A DNA stretch of 59,854 nt, the filler included, from Jimgerdemannia flammicorona (taxonomy: Eukaryota): NCBI GenBank assembly GCA_003990765.1. It is 2 parts of 2 records of this genome, joined end to end, with 100 filler letters (N's around TTAATTAATTAA, not from the genome) between each part and the next. Parts side by side here need not be neighbours in the genome. Positions count along the whole stretch, not along the records: positions 29,983 to 59,854 come from RBNJ01000465.1; 1 more part is not named here. One strand, 5' to 3'. A model generated the notes under the pieces. The model worked only from the letters and a program-made list of their open reading frames with translations, did not search any database and was not told where the DNA came from. Made by a program: the position numbers and the translations under genes. Position 1 is the first letter of the stretch. Each line of letters opens with the position of its first letter. This document shows, piece after piece, positions 59,571-59,854 of this stretch.

Positions 59571-59854
59571 TAATAAGTGAATTATATTCTTCATCTATAG
59601 CTTACTTCTATCACTTGTTATTAAGAGAAGTTATTATTTCATTATATATACTTAGCTCATCAGAAGTTACTATATATATATATATATTTATATACTTCGG
59701 TATAGCTTATATAGTCTTTATATCAAGAGATCTTTAGCATATTTTAATAACTCTCTAAATCAAAATAAGTTTTATTTCTAGACTTATACTTTGGCTTTTC
59801 TTACCCTTGATGGACCTTTTATTATCAAAAGTCTCACTATTCTTAATCTCTATT

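Overview
Eukaryotic, intron-rich genomic DNA, most likely from an early-diverging (Mucoromycota-like) fungus; the taxon is inferred from intron style, gene content and a CHD6-9-type remodeler. 1-24.6 kb is a heavily mutated, CpG-depleted transposon nest: a tandem/inverted array of a dUTPase-carrying Ty3/Gypsy element, interrupted by a DIRS-type tyrosine-recombinase retroelement with an adenine-methylase domain, which is itself interrupted by a 6-kb hAT transposon (8-bp TSD) carrying a cargo gene and two long palindromes. 25.1-49.3 kb is a gene island: RPA49, then a retroelement relic and an artificial 100-bp scaffold spacer at 29.9 kb, then a CHD7/8-like remodeler, an FLVCR-like MFS transporter, a THUMP methyltransferase, a ZCCHC10-like protein, a coiled-coil protein and an ARA2-like aldo-keto reductase. 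49.9-54.6 kb is a second dUTPase-bearing chromoviral Gypsy with both LTRs and a 5-bp TSD. The most unusual item is 55.1-59.6 kb: a young Penelope-like retroelement with no visible endonuclease, a probably spliced Cys/His ORF1, and a terminal palindrome explainable by fold-back on a perfect 16-bp inverted repeat. Boundaries of degraded elements are approximate and all protein assignments are by-eye motif recognition.
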